From contig JBGPED010000001.1 in NCBI GenBank assembly GCA_041482595.1, forward strand, positions 1-54,388: 54,388 bases of DNA. The letters are read 5' to 3'. This document shows, one piece after another, positions 19,358 to 27,585 of this stretch. The position numbers and the translations under genes were made by a program. How positions within the stretch are numbered: position 1 is the stretch's first letter; each line of letters begins with the position of its first letter. The stretch comes from Acidobacteriota bacterium (GTDB taxonomy: Bacteria > Acidobacteriota > Polarisedimenticolia > Gp22-AA2). Below the pieces are notes generated by a model that had not been told where the DNA came from, searched no databases, and saw nothing but the letters and a program-made list of their open reading frames with translations.

Positions 19358-20373
19358 GCCATCGCTTCCAGGATCCGGATACGCGCTTCGATGGGAGGAT
19401 GGGTGCTGAACAGGGCCGACGAGTCCATCCCGTAAGACTTCAGGGGATTGACGATGAAGAGGTGCTGGGTGGCGCGGTTGGCGATCTCCAGGGCAGCCGG
19501 ATCGTCCGCGATCCTGCGCAGGGCGGAGGCCAGACCGAGCGGGTTTCGCGTCAGCTCGACCGCCGAGGCATCCGCGAGCAGCTCGCGCCTGCGGGAGATC
19601 GCCATCTGGATGAGGCGCGACGCCAGGGGCGCGAAGATCGCCAGCACGAGGGCCGCGAGCACCAGGACGGCCCTTCCCCGCCCCGACGATCGACTGCCGC
19701 CGCGAACGCGCCACGCCCGTCTGGACCAGTCGGAGAGGAGCGCCACCGTCCCGACCAGGATTCCGACGAGTGTGGCGAAGCGCGCGTCCAGGTTGCGCAC
19801 ATGGCTCATCTCGTGCGCCAGCACACCCTGCAGCTCGGCGCGATTCATCTTCTGGAGCAGCCCTCGGGTCACCGCCACCGAGGCGTGCTGCGGGTCCCGT
19901 CCCGTCGCGAACGCGTTGGGAGCAGCCGACTCGATCACGTAGAGGCGCGGCTTCGGAAGCCCCGACGCGAGGCAAAGCTCTTCGACGACGTTGTGCAGGA
20001 CCGGCTCCCTCTCGGAAGACGCCTCCGCGGCGCTGCTCGCCGCGAGCATCATGCGGTCCCCCGCATAGTACGAGGTGAGCGCGCCGGCTGAACCGAAGAC
20101 CAGGCCGAAGACGAGCCCGGCGGCGCCCAGACCGGACGACTCACCGATCCCCCAGGCCACCGCGACCACGAGCCCGGCGAAGATCACCATCAGGAGCCAG
20201 GAGCGGCGCGCATTCACGGCCTGCTCGGCGTAGAAGTTCCTCCGGCCGGCCGGCGGCGGCGAGGCGGGTCCGCCCGGCCCGGGGCCGGCCCCCAGGGCCG
20301 CGCCGCACAGATCGCAGGACTCGGCCCGTCCGCGATTGGCGTAGCCGCACTTCGGGCAGGTGGCCCGCGACAT
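19354..20373 (-). CDS. M48-family zinc metallopeptidase with N-terminal zinc-ribbon
   Basis: ATG 20373 (MSRATCPKCGYANRGRAESCDLCG is a CxxC...CxxC ribbon). TM helices, HEMSHV motif, HtpX-like C-terminus STHPPIEARI. Confidence 0.85.
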   Translation of the reverse strand: MSRATCPKCGYANRGRAESCDLCGAALGAGPGPGGPASPPPAGRRNFYAEQAVNARRSWLLMVIFAGLVVAVAWGIGESSGLGAAGLVFGLVFGSAGALTSYYAGDRMMLAASSAAEASSEREPVLHNVVEELCLASGLPKPRLYVIESAAPNAFATGRDPQHASVAVTRGLLQKMNRAELQGVLAHEMSHVRNLDARFATLVGILVGTVALLSDWSRRAWRVRGGSRSSGRGRAVLVLAALVLAIFAPLASRLIQMAISRRRELLADASAVELTRNPLGLASALRRIADDPAALEIANRATQHLFIVNPLKSYGMDSSALFSTHPPIEARIRILEAMA

Positions 20374-20381
20374 CCGAGACG

Positions 20382-20936
20382 CTACCTCAGATCGACCTTG
20401 ACCGGTTCCCGCTCGCCCGCGGGGATCTCGAAGTACGCCTCCTCTTTGAAATTGAAGAGCGAGGCGAGCGCGTTCGTGGGGATCACCTGGAGCCGCGTGT
20501 TGTAGCGCATGACCATGTCGTTGTAGAACTGGCGGGCGAACGCGATGCGGTTCTCGGTGGAGGTCAGCTCTTCCTGAAGGCGCGTGACGTTTTCGTTCGC
20601 CTTGAGCTGCGGGTAGGCCTCCACGACCGCGAACAGGGATCGGAGGGCCCCGGAGAGCGCCGCCTCGGCGGTCGCCGTCCCCTGCACGCCCGAGGCCACG
20701 ACGGCCTGGTTGCGGGCCTTGATCACCTTCTCGAGCGTCTCCTGCTCGTAGCCCATGTAATCTTTCACGACCTCCACCAGGTTGGGGATGAGATCGTGCC
20801 GCCTCTTCAGCTGCACGCCGATCTGCTGCCAGGCGTTTCGCACCTGGTTGCGCAGGCTGACCAGCCCGTTGTAGGCGCCGATGAATCCGACCAGGACCAC
20901 GAGGAGGAGGACGACGAGGACGATTGCGGCCACCAT
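20382..20936 (-). CDS. LemA family protein
   Basis: N-terminal TM, then YNGLVSLRNQVRNAWQQIGVQLKRRHDLIPNLVE...ARQFYNDMV, which is a diagnostic LemA sequence. Confidence 0.9.
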   Translation of the reverse strand: MVAAIVLVVLLLVVLVGFIGAYNGLVSLRNQVRNAWQQIGVQLKRRHDLIPNLVEVVKDYMGYEQETLEKVIKARNQAVVASGVQGTATAEAALSGALRSLFAVVEAYPQLKANENVTRLQEELTSTENRIAFARQFYNDMVMRYNTRLQVIPTNALASLFNFKEEAYFEIPAGEREPVKVDLR

Positions 20937-20982
20937 GTTTCTCTCCCGGCCCGGGGCGCGCCCCCGGGCCTCGCGTCACGGA

Positions 20983-21786
20983 TTATAACGCCGACCGATC
21001 CGCCTCCACCCGGTTGGTGAGACGTCCGATCCGCTCGATGGACACGGTCACCTCGTCGCCGGGCTCGAGGGGCCCCACGCCTTCGGGGGTCCCGGTGGCG
21101 AGAAGATCTCCGGGAAGGAGCGTCATGACCCCGGACACGAAGCTCACGAGCTCGGCGACGCCAAAGATCATGCGAGACACCGGGGACGACTGGCGTCTCC
21201 GGCCGTTGACGAAGGTCTCCACCGCGAGATCGTCCGGGCGCAGGCCGACCGCGATGACCGGCCCGCAGGGGCAGAACGAGTCGAACCCCTTGGCGCGCGT
21301 GAACTGGACGTCCGTCTTCTGCAGATCCCGGGCCGTGACGTCGTTGACGCACGTGTATCCGAGCACGTGGTCGAGCGCGCGCGACGCGGGCACGTGCCGC
21401 GCCCTGCGGCCGATGACGACGCCCAACTCACCCTCGAAATCGACGCGTCTGCTGGCCGCGGGCAGGAGAATGGTCCCACCGGGCGGCAGGATGGACGACG
21501 GGGGTTTCAGGAAGAGCAGCGGCTGGTCGGGCACGTCGTGGCCGAGCTCGGCGATGTGATCCCGGTAGTTGCGCCCGACCCCGACGATCTTCGACGGCAC
21601 GCACGGCGGCAGTGACTCCCACCCGGCGAACGGCAGGCTCTCCCGCGCGGCACTCTCGAAAAGGACGAACGGATCGCCTGCGAACGGATCACCCTGGATC
21701 GGGCGCGCCCGCTCGTCGTCCTCGAGGAGAGCGAAGAAGGTCTGGCGGCCGTCGCGGAAGCGGGCCAGCCGGAGAACGGGTCCCAC
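20983..21786 (-). CDS. fumarylacetoacetate hydrolase (FAH) family protein
   Basis: KIVGVGRNYRDH, LFLKPPSS, DFEGELGVVIG, GYTCVNDVTARD, LLPGDLLATGTPEGVG. Confidence 0.9.
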   Translation of the reverse strand: MGPVLRLARFRDGRQTFFALLEDDERARPIQGDPFAGDPFVLFESAARESLPFAGWESLPPCVPSKIVGVGRNYRDHIAELGHDVPDQPLLFLKPPSSILPPGGTILLPAASRRVDFEGELGVVIGRRARHVPASRALDHVLGYTCVNDVTARDLQKTDVQFTRAKGFDSFCPCGPVIAVGLRPDDLAVETFVNGRRRQSSPVSRMIFGVAELVSFVSGVMTLLPGDLLATGTPEGVGPLEPGDEVTVSIERIGRLTNRVEADRSAL

Positions 21787-21789
21787 GGG

Positions 21790-22350
21790 TCACTTCGCCC
21801 GCTCGAGGTACTTCCCTTCGGCGGTGTCGATGCGCACGACGTCACCCACGTCGATGAACTGCGGCACGCTGACCTGGAGCCCGGTCTCGAGAACGGCCGG
21901 CTTGCCGCTGTTGGAAGCCGTCGCTCCTTTCATTCCCGGCTGGGTCTCGACCACTTTCAGGTCGACGGTGATCGGCAGCTCGACCCCCACGGGGCGGTGC
22001 TCGTAGAACTCCACCATGACCTTGGTGTTGGGAACCAGGTAGTCGACCGCCTGCCCAAGGTCCTCCCGGGTGATGGCGACCTGGTCGTACGTAGCGGTGT
22101 TCATGAAATGGAACTCGTCCCCGGAGGCGTACAGGAACTCCATCTCGTGCTCCTCCAGGTCCGCCTTCTCGACCCGATCCTCCGAACGAAACCGGTACTC
22201 GAAGCTGTTCCCGGACTTCAAGTTGCGCAGCTTGGTCTGCACCATGCCGCGCCAGTTGCCGGGAGTGATGTGCTGAACGCTCAGGACGCGGCACAGGGTT
22301 CCCTCGTGGAGGATTGCCATGCCGGAACGCAATTGTGTCGCCTGGATCAT
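21790..22350 (-). CDS. efp: translation elongation factor P (atypical loop tip)
   Basis: ATG 22350. Aligns by eye along its full length with E. coli EF-P (..FHFMN..., ..KPAVLETGLQVSVPQFI.., ..EGKYLERAK). The loop reads HITPGNWRGM where E. coli has FVKPGKGQAF. Confidence 0.9.
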   Translation of the reverse strand: MIQATQLRSGMAILHEGTLCRVLSVQHITPGNWRGMVQTKLRNLKSGNSFEYRFRSEDRVEKADLEEHEMEFLYASGDEFHFMNTATYDQVAITREDLGQAVDYLVPNTKVMVEFYEHRPVGVELPITVDLKVVETQPGMKGATASNSGKPAVLETGLQVSVPQFIDVGDVVRIDTAEGKYLERAK

Positions 22351-22478
22351 CGCTCGGTCCTTCGCCTTGGATGCCGGTGGTGCGCCCGCGGATCGTTCCG
22401 ACCAGCGGATTATACCGGCCGCGCAGGGGGCCTGCAAGCCGCACCCGGCGCGCCATGCGCACAGGACGGCGACCGTCG

Positions 22479-22508
22479 TTGACAGTTCTCCCGTCGCGGA
22501 CTTAGGCT
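22479..22508 (+). promoter_or_regulatory. candidate promoter TTGACA-N18-TAGGCT, 6 nt before the nadE ATG (leaderless?)
   Basis: Perfect -35, and a -10 of TAnnnT type. Only CTCGGA lies between the -10 and ATG 22515, with no SD. Confidence 0.4.
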
Positions 22509-22514
22509 CTCGGA

Positions 22515-23372
22515 ATGATGGCGCGCAGCGCGAACCCCACGTTCGAGGTCCCGGCGGATCTCGCCTTCGACGCTTCGACCGCCACCGCACTGCTGGTCGA
22601 TTTCATCCGGCGGGAGATCCGCAAGGCGGGGTTCTCGCGCGCCGTGCTGGGGCTTTCCGGCGGCGTCGACTCCGCCGCGGCGGCGGCTCTGGCCGTGCGG
22701 GCGCTGGGGGCCGGGAACGTTGTCTGCGCCATCCTGCCCTACCGCACGTCGAGTCCGGACAGCCTGAGTGACGCCCGGCGCATGGTCCGCCTCCTCGGGG
22801 CCCGGAGCGTGCGACTGGCCATCACGCCGATGATCGACGCCTACTTCGCGGGCCGGAGACAGGCGTCGGCGCTCCGGCGCGGCAACAAGATGGCGCGCGA
22901 GCGGATGGCGGTGCTCTACGACCTGTCCGCCCGCGAGCGGGCGCTGGTCGTGGGCACGAGCAACAAGACCGAGCTGCTCCTGGGGTACGGGACAATCTTC
23001 GGTGACCTGGCCTGCGGCATCAACCCGCTCGGAGATCTGTACAAGACGCAGGTCCGGGGGCTGGCGCTGCACCTCGGCGTGCCCCGCCACATCGTCTTCA
23101 AGGTCGCGACCGCCGATCTGTGGCCCGGGCAATCGGACGAGCAGGAGATCGGCGCCCTCTACGAGGACGTCGACCGGCTCCTTCACCTCCTGGTCGACCG
23201 ACGCGCGTCGCCGGAGGAGGCCATCGCCCTCGGATTCGCGCGCCCGATGGTCCGGCGCATCACGAATCGCATCCGCGCCTCGCAGTTCAAGCGGCGGACG
23301 CCGCTCATCGCGAAGGTCTCGCCGCGCACCGTCGGGATCGACTTCCTCTATCCACGCGACTGGGGGCGCTAG
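22515..23372 (+). CDS. nadE: NH3-dependent NAD+ synthetase
   Basis: PP-loop LGLSGGVDSAAAAAL, then GTSNKTELLLGYGTIFGD and the NadE-type C-terminus. Confidence 0.9.
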   Translation: MMARSANPTFEVPADLAFDASTATALLVDFIRREIRKAGFSRAVLGLSGGVDSAAAAALAVRALGAGNVVCAILPYRTSSPDSLSDARRMVRLLGARSVRLAITPMIDAYFAGRRQASALRRGNKMARERMAVLYDLSARERALVVGTSNKTELLLGYGTIFGDLACGINPLGDLYKTQVRGLALHLGVPRHIVFKVATADLWPGQSDEQEIGALYEDVDRLLHLLVDRRASPEEAIALGFARPMVRRITNRIRASQFKRRTPLIAKVSPRTVGIDFLYPRDWGR

Positions 23373-23376
23373 GAGG

Positions 23377-24258
23377 GTGGGCGCCGATCGCGGGCCGCGG
23401 GGAACTCTCTACGTCGTCGGCACCCCGATCGGCAACCTGGACGATCTCTCTCCCCGGGCCGTCGAGGCCTTCGCCGCGAGCGATCTCATCGCCTGCGAGG
23501 ACACGCGCCGGTCCCGGACTCTCCTGTCCCGGCACGGGCTCACGACACGGCTCGTGAGCTATCACAAGTTCAACGAGATGCGCCGCCTCCCGGACATTCT
23601 CGATGCGCTCGGTCGCGGCGGCCGGGTGTCTCTGGTGAGCGACGGCGGAACTCCGGGGATTTCCGATCCGGGAGCGCGGCTCGTGAGCGCCGCCCGGGAC
23701 GCCGGCCACGTCGTCGTCCCGATCCCGGGTCCCTCGGCGATCACGGCCCTCATCTCGGTCAGCGGCCTCGACCCGGGCCCCTTCACATTCATCGGCTTCC
23801 TGCCCCACCGCAAGGGTGAACGGCGGAGAGCCCTCGAGGCCTTGCGCGCCGAGCCGCGTCCCCTGCTGCTCTTCGAGTCACCGCGACGCGTCGTCGCGAC
23901 GCTCACGGACGCGCTCGAGATCCTGGGCGACCGCGGGGCGTTTCTGGGGAGAGAGATGACCAAGATGCACGAGGAGTTCGTCGCCGGCACGGTCCGCACG
24001 CTGCTCGCGGCGTTCGAGGGACGCGAGCCCCGGGGCGAAATCGCGTTCCTCCTGGCCGGGGCCGTCCGATCGCCCTCGGCCTCCACAGCACCGGCCACGC
24101 CGGAATCACGGCCCGGCGAGGGGCCGGGCCGCAGGGTGCGTCTCCTGATCGACGCCGGGGTGGATCGCAAGGAGGCGATGCGGCGCGTGGCGCGGGAGAC
24201 GGGTCTCTCGCGTCGCGACCTCTATCGTATGATCCTGCGCGAGCGGGAGGAGAAGTGA
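23377..24258 (+). CDS. rsmI: 16S rRNA (cytidine1402-2'-O)-methyltransferase
   Basis: GTG 23377. LYVVGTPIGNLDDLSPRA...IACEDTRRS...SDGGTPGISDPG (tetrapyrrole-methylase fold, RsmI signature). Confidence 0.9.
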   Translation: MGADRGPRGTLYVVGTPIGNLDDLSPRAVEAFAASDLIACEDTRRSRTLLSRHGLTTRLVSYHKFNEMRRLPDILDALGRGGRVSLVSDGGTPGISDPGARLVSAARDAGHVVVPIPGPSAITALISVSGLDPGPFTFIGFLPHRKGERRRALEALRAEPRPLLLFESPRRVVATLTDALEILGDRGAFLGREMTKMHEEFVAGTVRTLLAAFEGREPRGEIAFLLAGAVRSPSASTAPATPESRPGEGPGRRVRLLIDAGVDRKEAMRRVARETGLSRRDLYRMILREREEK

Positions 24259-24737
24259 GCCCCAGGAAGGACAAGGACCCGGCCTTGCGCGTGCTGGCGT
24301 CGAACCGCCAGGCGTTCCACAACTACTTCATCGGGGAGCGTCACGAGGCCGGGGTGGCGCTGCTCGGGACCGAGGTGAAGTCGCTGCGCGAGGGGAAGGC
24401 GAACCTCAAGGACGCCTTCGCGCGCGTGGACGGCCGCGAGGTCTTCCTGCACAACTGTCACATCTCCCCCTATTCGCACGGCGGCTATGCCAACCACGAT
24501 CCGCTGCGCCCGCGCAAGCTGCTCCTGCATCGCCGGGAGATTCTGAAGCTGGCGCAGGATACACGTTCCGGCGGCCAGACCCTGGTGCCGCTGCGCCTCT
24601 ACCTGTCGAAGGGCCGGGTGAAGGTCGAAATCGCGCTGGCGAAGGGGAAGAAGCTCTGGGACAAGCGCCAGGCGATCAAGGAGAGGGACCAGGAGAAGGA
24701 GGCGCGCGCCGCGGTGCGTGAAAGGCGCGGCTCCTGA
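24255..24737 (+). CDS. smpB: SsrA-binding protein
   Basis: GTGA overlap with rsmI. NRQAFHNYFI...GTEVKSLREGKANLKDAF...HISPY...RPRKLLLHRREI. Confidence 0.95.
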   Translation: MSPRKDKDPALRVLASNRQAFHNYFIGERHEAGVALLGTEVKSLREGKANLKDAFARVDGREVFLHNCHISPYSHGGYANHDPLRPRKLLLHRREILKLAQDTRSGGQTLVPLRLYLSKGRVKVEIALAKGKKLWDKRQAIKERDQEKEARAAVRERRGS

Positions 24738-24767
24738 GAGGCCGTCCGGGGGCGGCCTCTGCGGCGG

Positions 24768-25547
24768 TCAGCGAACGATACCCTCCAGCGGGCTGCTCGC
24801 CCGGGCGTGGAGCTTCTTCGGGATCCGCCCCGCCTCGAAGGCGAGCCGGCCGGCCTGGACCGCCAGCTGCATGGCGCGGGCCATTTTCACCGGATCGTCC
24901 GCGCCGGCGATCCCGGTGTTCATCAGGACTCCGTCGGCGCCGGTTTCCATCACGATGGCGGCGTCCGAGGCCGTTCCCACCCCGGCGTCCACGATGACCG
25001 GCACATCCCGGATCTCCTCGAGGAGGATCCTGAGGTTGGCGGGGTTCTGGATCCCGAGACCCGAGCCTATCGGCGCGGCGAGCGGCATCACCGCCGCCGC
25101 TCCGGCGTCGCGCAGACGCTTCGCGACCACCAGGTCGTCGTTGGTGTACGGCAGGACGGTGAACCCTTCCTTGACGAGAATCCGGGTCGCCTGGAGCAGG
25201 CCCTCGTTGTCGGGGAACAGGGTCTTCTCGTCGCCGATGACCTCCAGTTTCACCAAGTCCGAGAGACCCGCCTCGCGCCCGAGGCGGGCGGTGCGCACCG
25301 CCTCATCGGCGGTGTAGCACCCTGCCGTGTTGGGCAGGAGCGTGACCCGGGTGGTGTCGATGAAATCGAGCAGCGACTCGCCGCCGCGCCGGGACAGATC
25401 GACGCGCCGGACGGCGACCGTGACCATCGAGGCGCCCGACGCCTCGATCGCCCGTCGCATGATGTCGAAATCCGGGTACTTGCCCGTGCCGACGATCAGA
25501 CGCGACGGATAGCTTCGCCCCGCGATGGTGAGGGTTCCGGTCTGCAC
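24768..25547 (-). CDS. thiG: thiazole synthase
   Basis: 259 aa. [43 protein letters not shown] and the ThiG C-terminus. Confidence 0.95.
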   Translation of the reverse strand: MQTGTLTIAGRSYPSRLIVGTGKYPDFDIMRRAIEASGASMVTVAVRRVDLSRRGGESLLDFIDTTRVTLLPNTAGCYTADEAVRTARLGREAGLSDLVKLEVIGDEKTLFPDNEGLLQATRILVKEGFTVLPYTNDDLVVAKRLRDAGAAAVMPLAAPIGSGLGIQNPANLRILLEEIRDVPVIVDAGVGTASDAAIVMETGADGVLMNTGIAGADDPVKMARAMQLAVQAGRLAFEAGRIPKKLHARASSPLEGIVR

Positions 25548-25552
25548 GGCCC

Positions 25553-25753
25553 TTATCCGCCTCCGACGAACTGCACGAGCTCGATGCGATCCCCGTCCCT
25601 CAGGGTCCTGCGGCCGAAGTCGACGCGCCGCAGGACGTCACCGTTCAATTCCACCGCCACCCTCCCCGGCGCATAGTCCAGAGTCTCCAGGAGGGCCAGG
25701 ACGGTGATGTCCGGCGGCGCCTCGCGATCCTCCCCGTTGAGGACGATGGTCAC
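25553..25753 (-). CDS. thiS: sulfur-carrier protein ThiS
   Basis: 66 aa with ubiquitin-like fold and a C-terminal GG (..VQFVGGG). Sits directly upstream of thiG. Confidence 0.9.
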   Translation of the reverse strand: MTIVLNGEDREAPPDITVLALLETLDYAPGRVAVELNGDVLRRVDFGRRTLRDGDRIELVQFVGGG

Positions 25754-25762
25754 GTGCCCCGC

Positions 25763-26422
25763 TCACCCCGCGGCCTTGCGCGCCGGTTTCTTGATCACTT
25801 GCTTGATTTCCGCGCTCTCCTTCCCCGATAAGGCCTGGATGATGAGAGCCGCGGTCCCCTCCTCGAGGAGGGGCAGCGGGCAGGAGAGGGACAGCTGCCC
25901 GGCGTCGTCGGTCGACCCCTCCACGAGGGTCTTGGGCTTGTCGACCGTGCTGATCAGCTTCACCCTGACCTTCGCCCCGGCAACGCCCTGGCCCGTCGAG
26001 GAACGGCCGACGAAAAGGTCCAGGCGGGCCATCTCGCCCTCGACGAATCCGTCCGAGCCCGCCATCCGCAGGGCGATCCGTTCCGTGGCCGCCTCCGACC
26101 GCAGCCAGTCCATGACGACTTCGTCGAAGCTCTTGTGGGAGATGATCCCCTCGCCGAAGGGCCGGATCTGCTTGCTGTCGTACTTGCCTTCGCGGATATC
26201 GAGGATCATGCGATTGTGCTGCGTCTCGATCCGCTCGGCGATCTCCTTTTCGTCGATGCCCTTGACGAGGAGATCGGCATAGGACGTGCGGCGCGCCGCC
26301 AGGACCTCTCCACCCACGTAGATCAGGGTCTCGATGATCGGATTCTGCCGGCCCTTGTCTTCGGTCTGGACGTGGTAGGTCTTGCCCTGGTGCTGGACGT
26401 CGGTGTTGAAACCCGTGACCAT
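25763..26422 (-). CDS. hypothetical protein (conserved-looking N-terminal module + Ig/carboxypeptidase-regulatory-like C-terminal module)
   Basis: 219 aa with strong G/C third-position bias. N-terminus is TDVQHQGKTYHVQTEDKGRQNPIIETLIYVGGEV. C-terminus is a beta-rich stretch (AKVRVKLIS...EGSTDDAGQLSL). I recognise no family. Confidence 0.6.
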   Translation of the reverse strand: MVTGFNTDVQHQGKTYHVQTEDKGRQNPIIETLIYVGGEVLAARRTSYADLLVKGIDEKEIAERIETQHNRMILDIREGKYDSKQIRPFGEGIISHKSFDEVVMDWLRSEAATERIALRMAGSDGFVEGEMARLDLFVGRSSTGQGVAGAKVRVKLISTVDKPKTLVEGSTDDAGQLSLSCPLPLLEEGTAALIIQALSGKESAEIKQVIKKPARKAAG

Positions 26423-26428
26423 GCGGCC

Positions 26429-26458
26429 ATCTTAGGGCAAGCCTCGAAAGGCCGTCAA
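26429..26458 (-). promoter_or_regulatory. candidate promoter TTGACG-N18-TAAGAT, 6 nt before ATG 26422 (leaderless?)
   Basis: Minus strand reads cTTGACGgcctttcgaggcttgcccTAAGATggccgcATG. No SD. Confidence 0.4.
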
Positions 26459-26486
26459 GGACGCGGCCCCGCGGGTGATCCACCTG

Positions 26487-26495
26487 TGCTACAGT
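26487..26495 (+). promoter_or_regulatory. candidate extended -10 element TGcTACAGT, 10 nt before ATG 26506
   Basis: TGCTACAGTccgggccgtcATG. There is no convincing -35 and no SD. Confidence 0.3.
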
Positions 26496-26505
26496 CCGGG
26501 CCGTC

Positions 26506-27585
26506 ATGACGGCCACGATCGGCGACGGCACTGCGGTGGTTCTCTGCGAGGGCGGTTTCGGGACGACCGAGGGGAAGACGGCGCACGGCCTGGTGCGCCA
26601 CACGGAGCGTTACCGGGTCCTGGCCGTCATCGACGGAAGCCTGGCGGGCCGGGACGCGGGTGAGGAGCTCGACGGCACGCCGGCCGGCATCCCGATCGTA
26701 TCGGACCTCGACGAGGCGATTCGGGTGGCGGGGCGCCGGCCCGATCATCTGGTCGTCGGCGTCGCCACTCACGGCGGGGTCCTGCCGGACAGGTTGCGCC
26801 CGACGATAGCAAAGGCGCTGGCACGCGGGATCAACGTCGACTCCGGCCTGCACGAGCTGCTCGGCGACGACCCGGAGTTCGCCGCTCTGGCCCGAAAAAG
26901 CGGCGCCCGGATCCGCGACGTCCGGCGCACCCCGCCCCGGCAGGAGATGCACGCCTTCACCGGGCGGATCCTGGACGTCACCTCGATCCGCATCGCGGTG
27001 CTCGGGACCGATTCCGGGGTCGGCAAGAGGACGACCTCCGTCCGACTGGTGCAGGGTCTCTGCTCGCGCGGGATAAGCACCGTCCTGGTCGGGACCGGCC
27101 AGACCTCCTGGATGCAGGGCGTGCGCTACGGCCTGATCATGGACAGCCTGGTGAACGACTTCGTCTCCGGGGAGATCGAGCACCAGGTGCTGCGCGCGTT
27201 TCGCGAGGAGAAGCCGGACGTCATCGTCATCGAGGGCCAGGGTTGCCTGACCCACCCGGCCTACCCCGGCGGCTTCGAGATCCTGGCGGGCGCCCGGCCC
27301 GACGGCGTCGTCCTGCAGCACGCTCCGGCGCGGACGCACTACGACGGCTTCCCCGATTTCCCGCTGGCGGGTGTCGAGAAGGAGATGACGGTCATCCGCC
27401 TGCTCAGCGGCAAGCCGGTCGTGGCGATCACCCTGAACCATAAAGGCCTGGCGTCCGAGGAGGTGCGGACGCAGGCGGCGGCCTACCGCACGCGGTACGG
27501 GATTCCGTGCTGCGACGCGCTCCGGGACGGAGTGGAGCCGATCATCGAGGAACTCCGTCGCCGGTTCCCGCGCCTGCCGGGATGA
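26506..27585 (+). CDS. DUF1611 family protein (P-loop; DgcN-like putative D-glutamate N-acetyltransferase)
   Basis: 359 aa. Has the typical DUF1611 layout with P-loop-like LGTDSGVGKRTTS and EGQG motifs. ATGA-coupled to an enolase-superfamily epimerase. Confidence 0.7.
   Translation: MTATIGDGTAVVLCEGGFGTTEGKTAHGLVRHTERYRVLAVIDGSLAGRDAGEELDGTPAGIPIVSDLDEAIRVAGRRPDHLVVGVATHGGVLPDRLRPTIAKALARGINVDSGLHELLGDDPEFAALARKSGARIRDVRRTPPRQEMHAFTGRILDVTSIRIAVLGTDSGVGKRTTSVRLVQGLCSRGISTVLVGTGQTSWMQGVRYGLIMDSLVNDFVSGEIEHQVLRAFREEKPDVIVIEGQGCLTHPAYPGGFEILAGARPDGVVLQHAPARTHYDGFPDFPLAGVEKEMTVIRLLSGKPVVAITLNHKGLASEEVRTQAAAYRTRYGIPCCDALRDGVEPIIEELRRRFPRLPG

Noticed and set aside
24738-24767. tmRNA (ssrA) next to smpB
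   Set aside because: Only 30 nt separate smpB from the convergent thiG. There is no tRNA-like acceptor/T-arm sequence anywhere nearby.
25754-26505. TPP (THI-box) riboswitch ahead of thiS-thiG
   Set aside because: No CUGAGA...ACCUGAUCUGGAUAAUGCCAGCG-like core appears in the short gaps. The space upstream of thiS is occupied by a coding gene.
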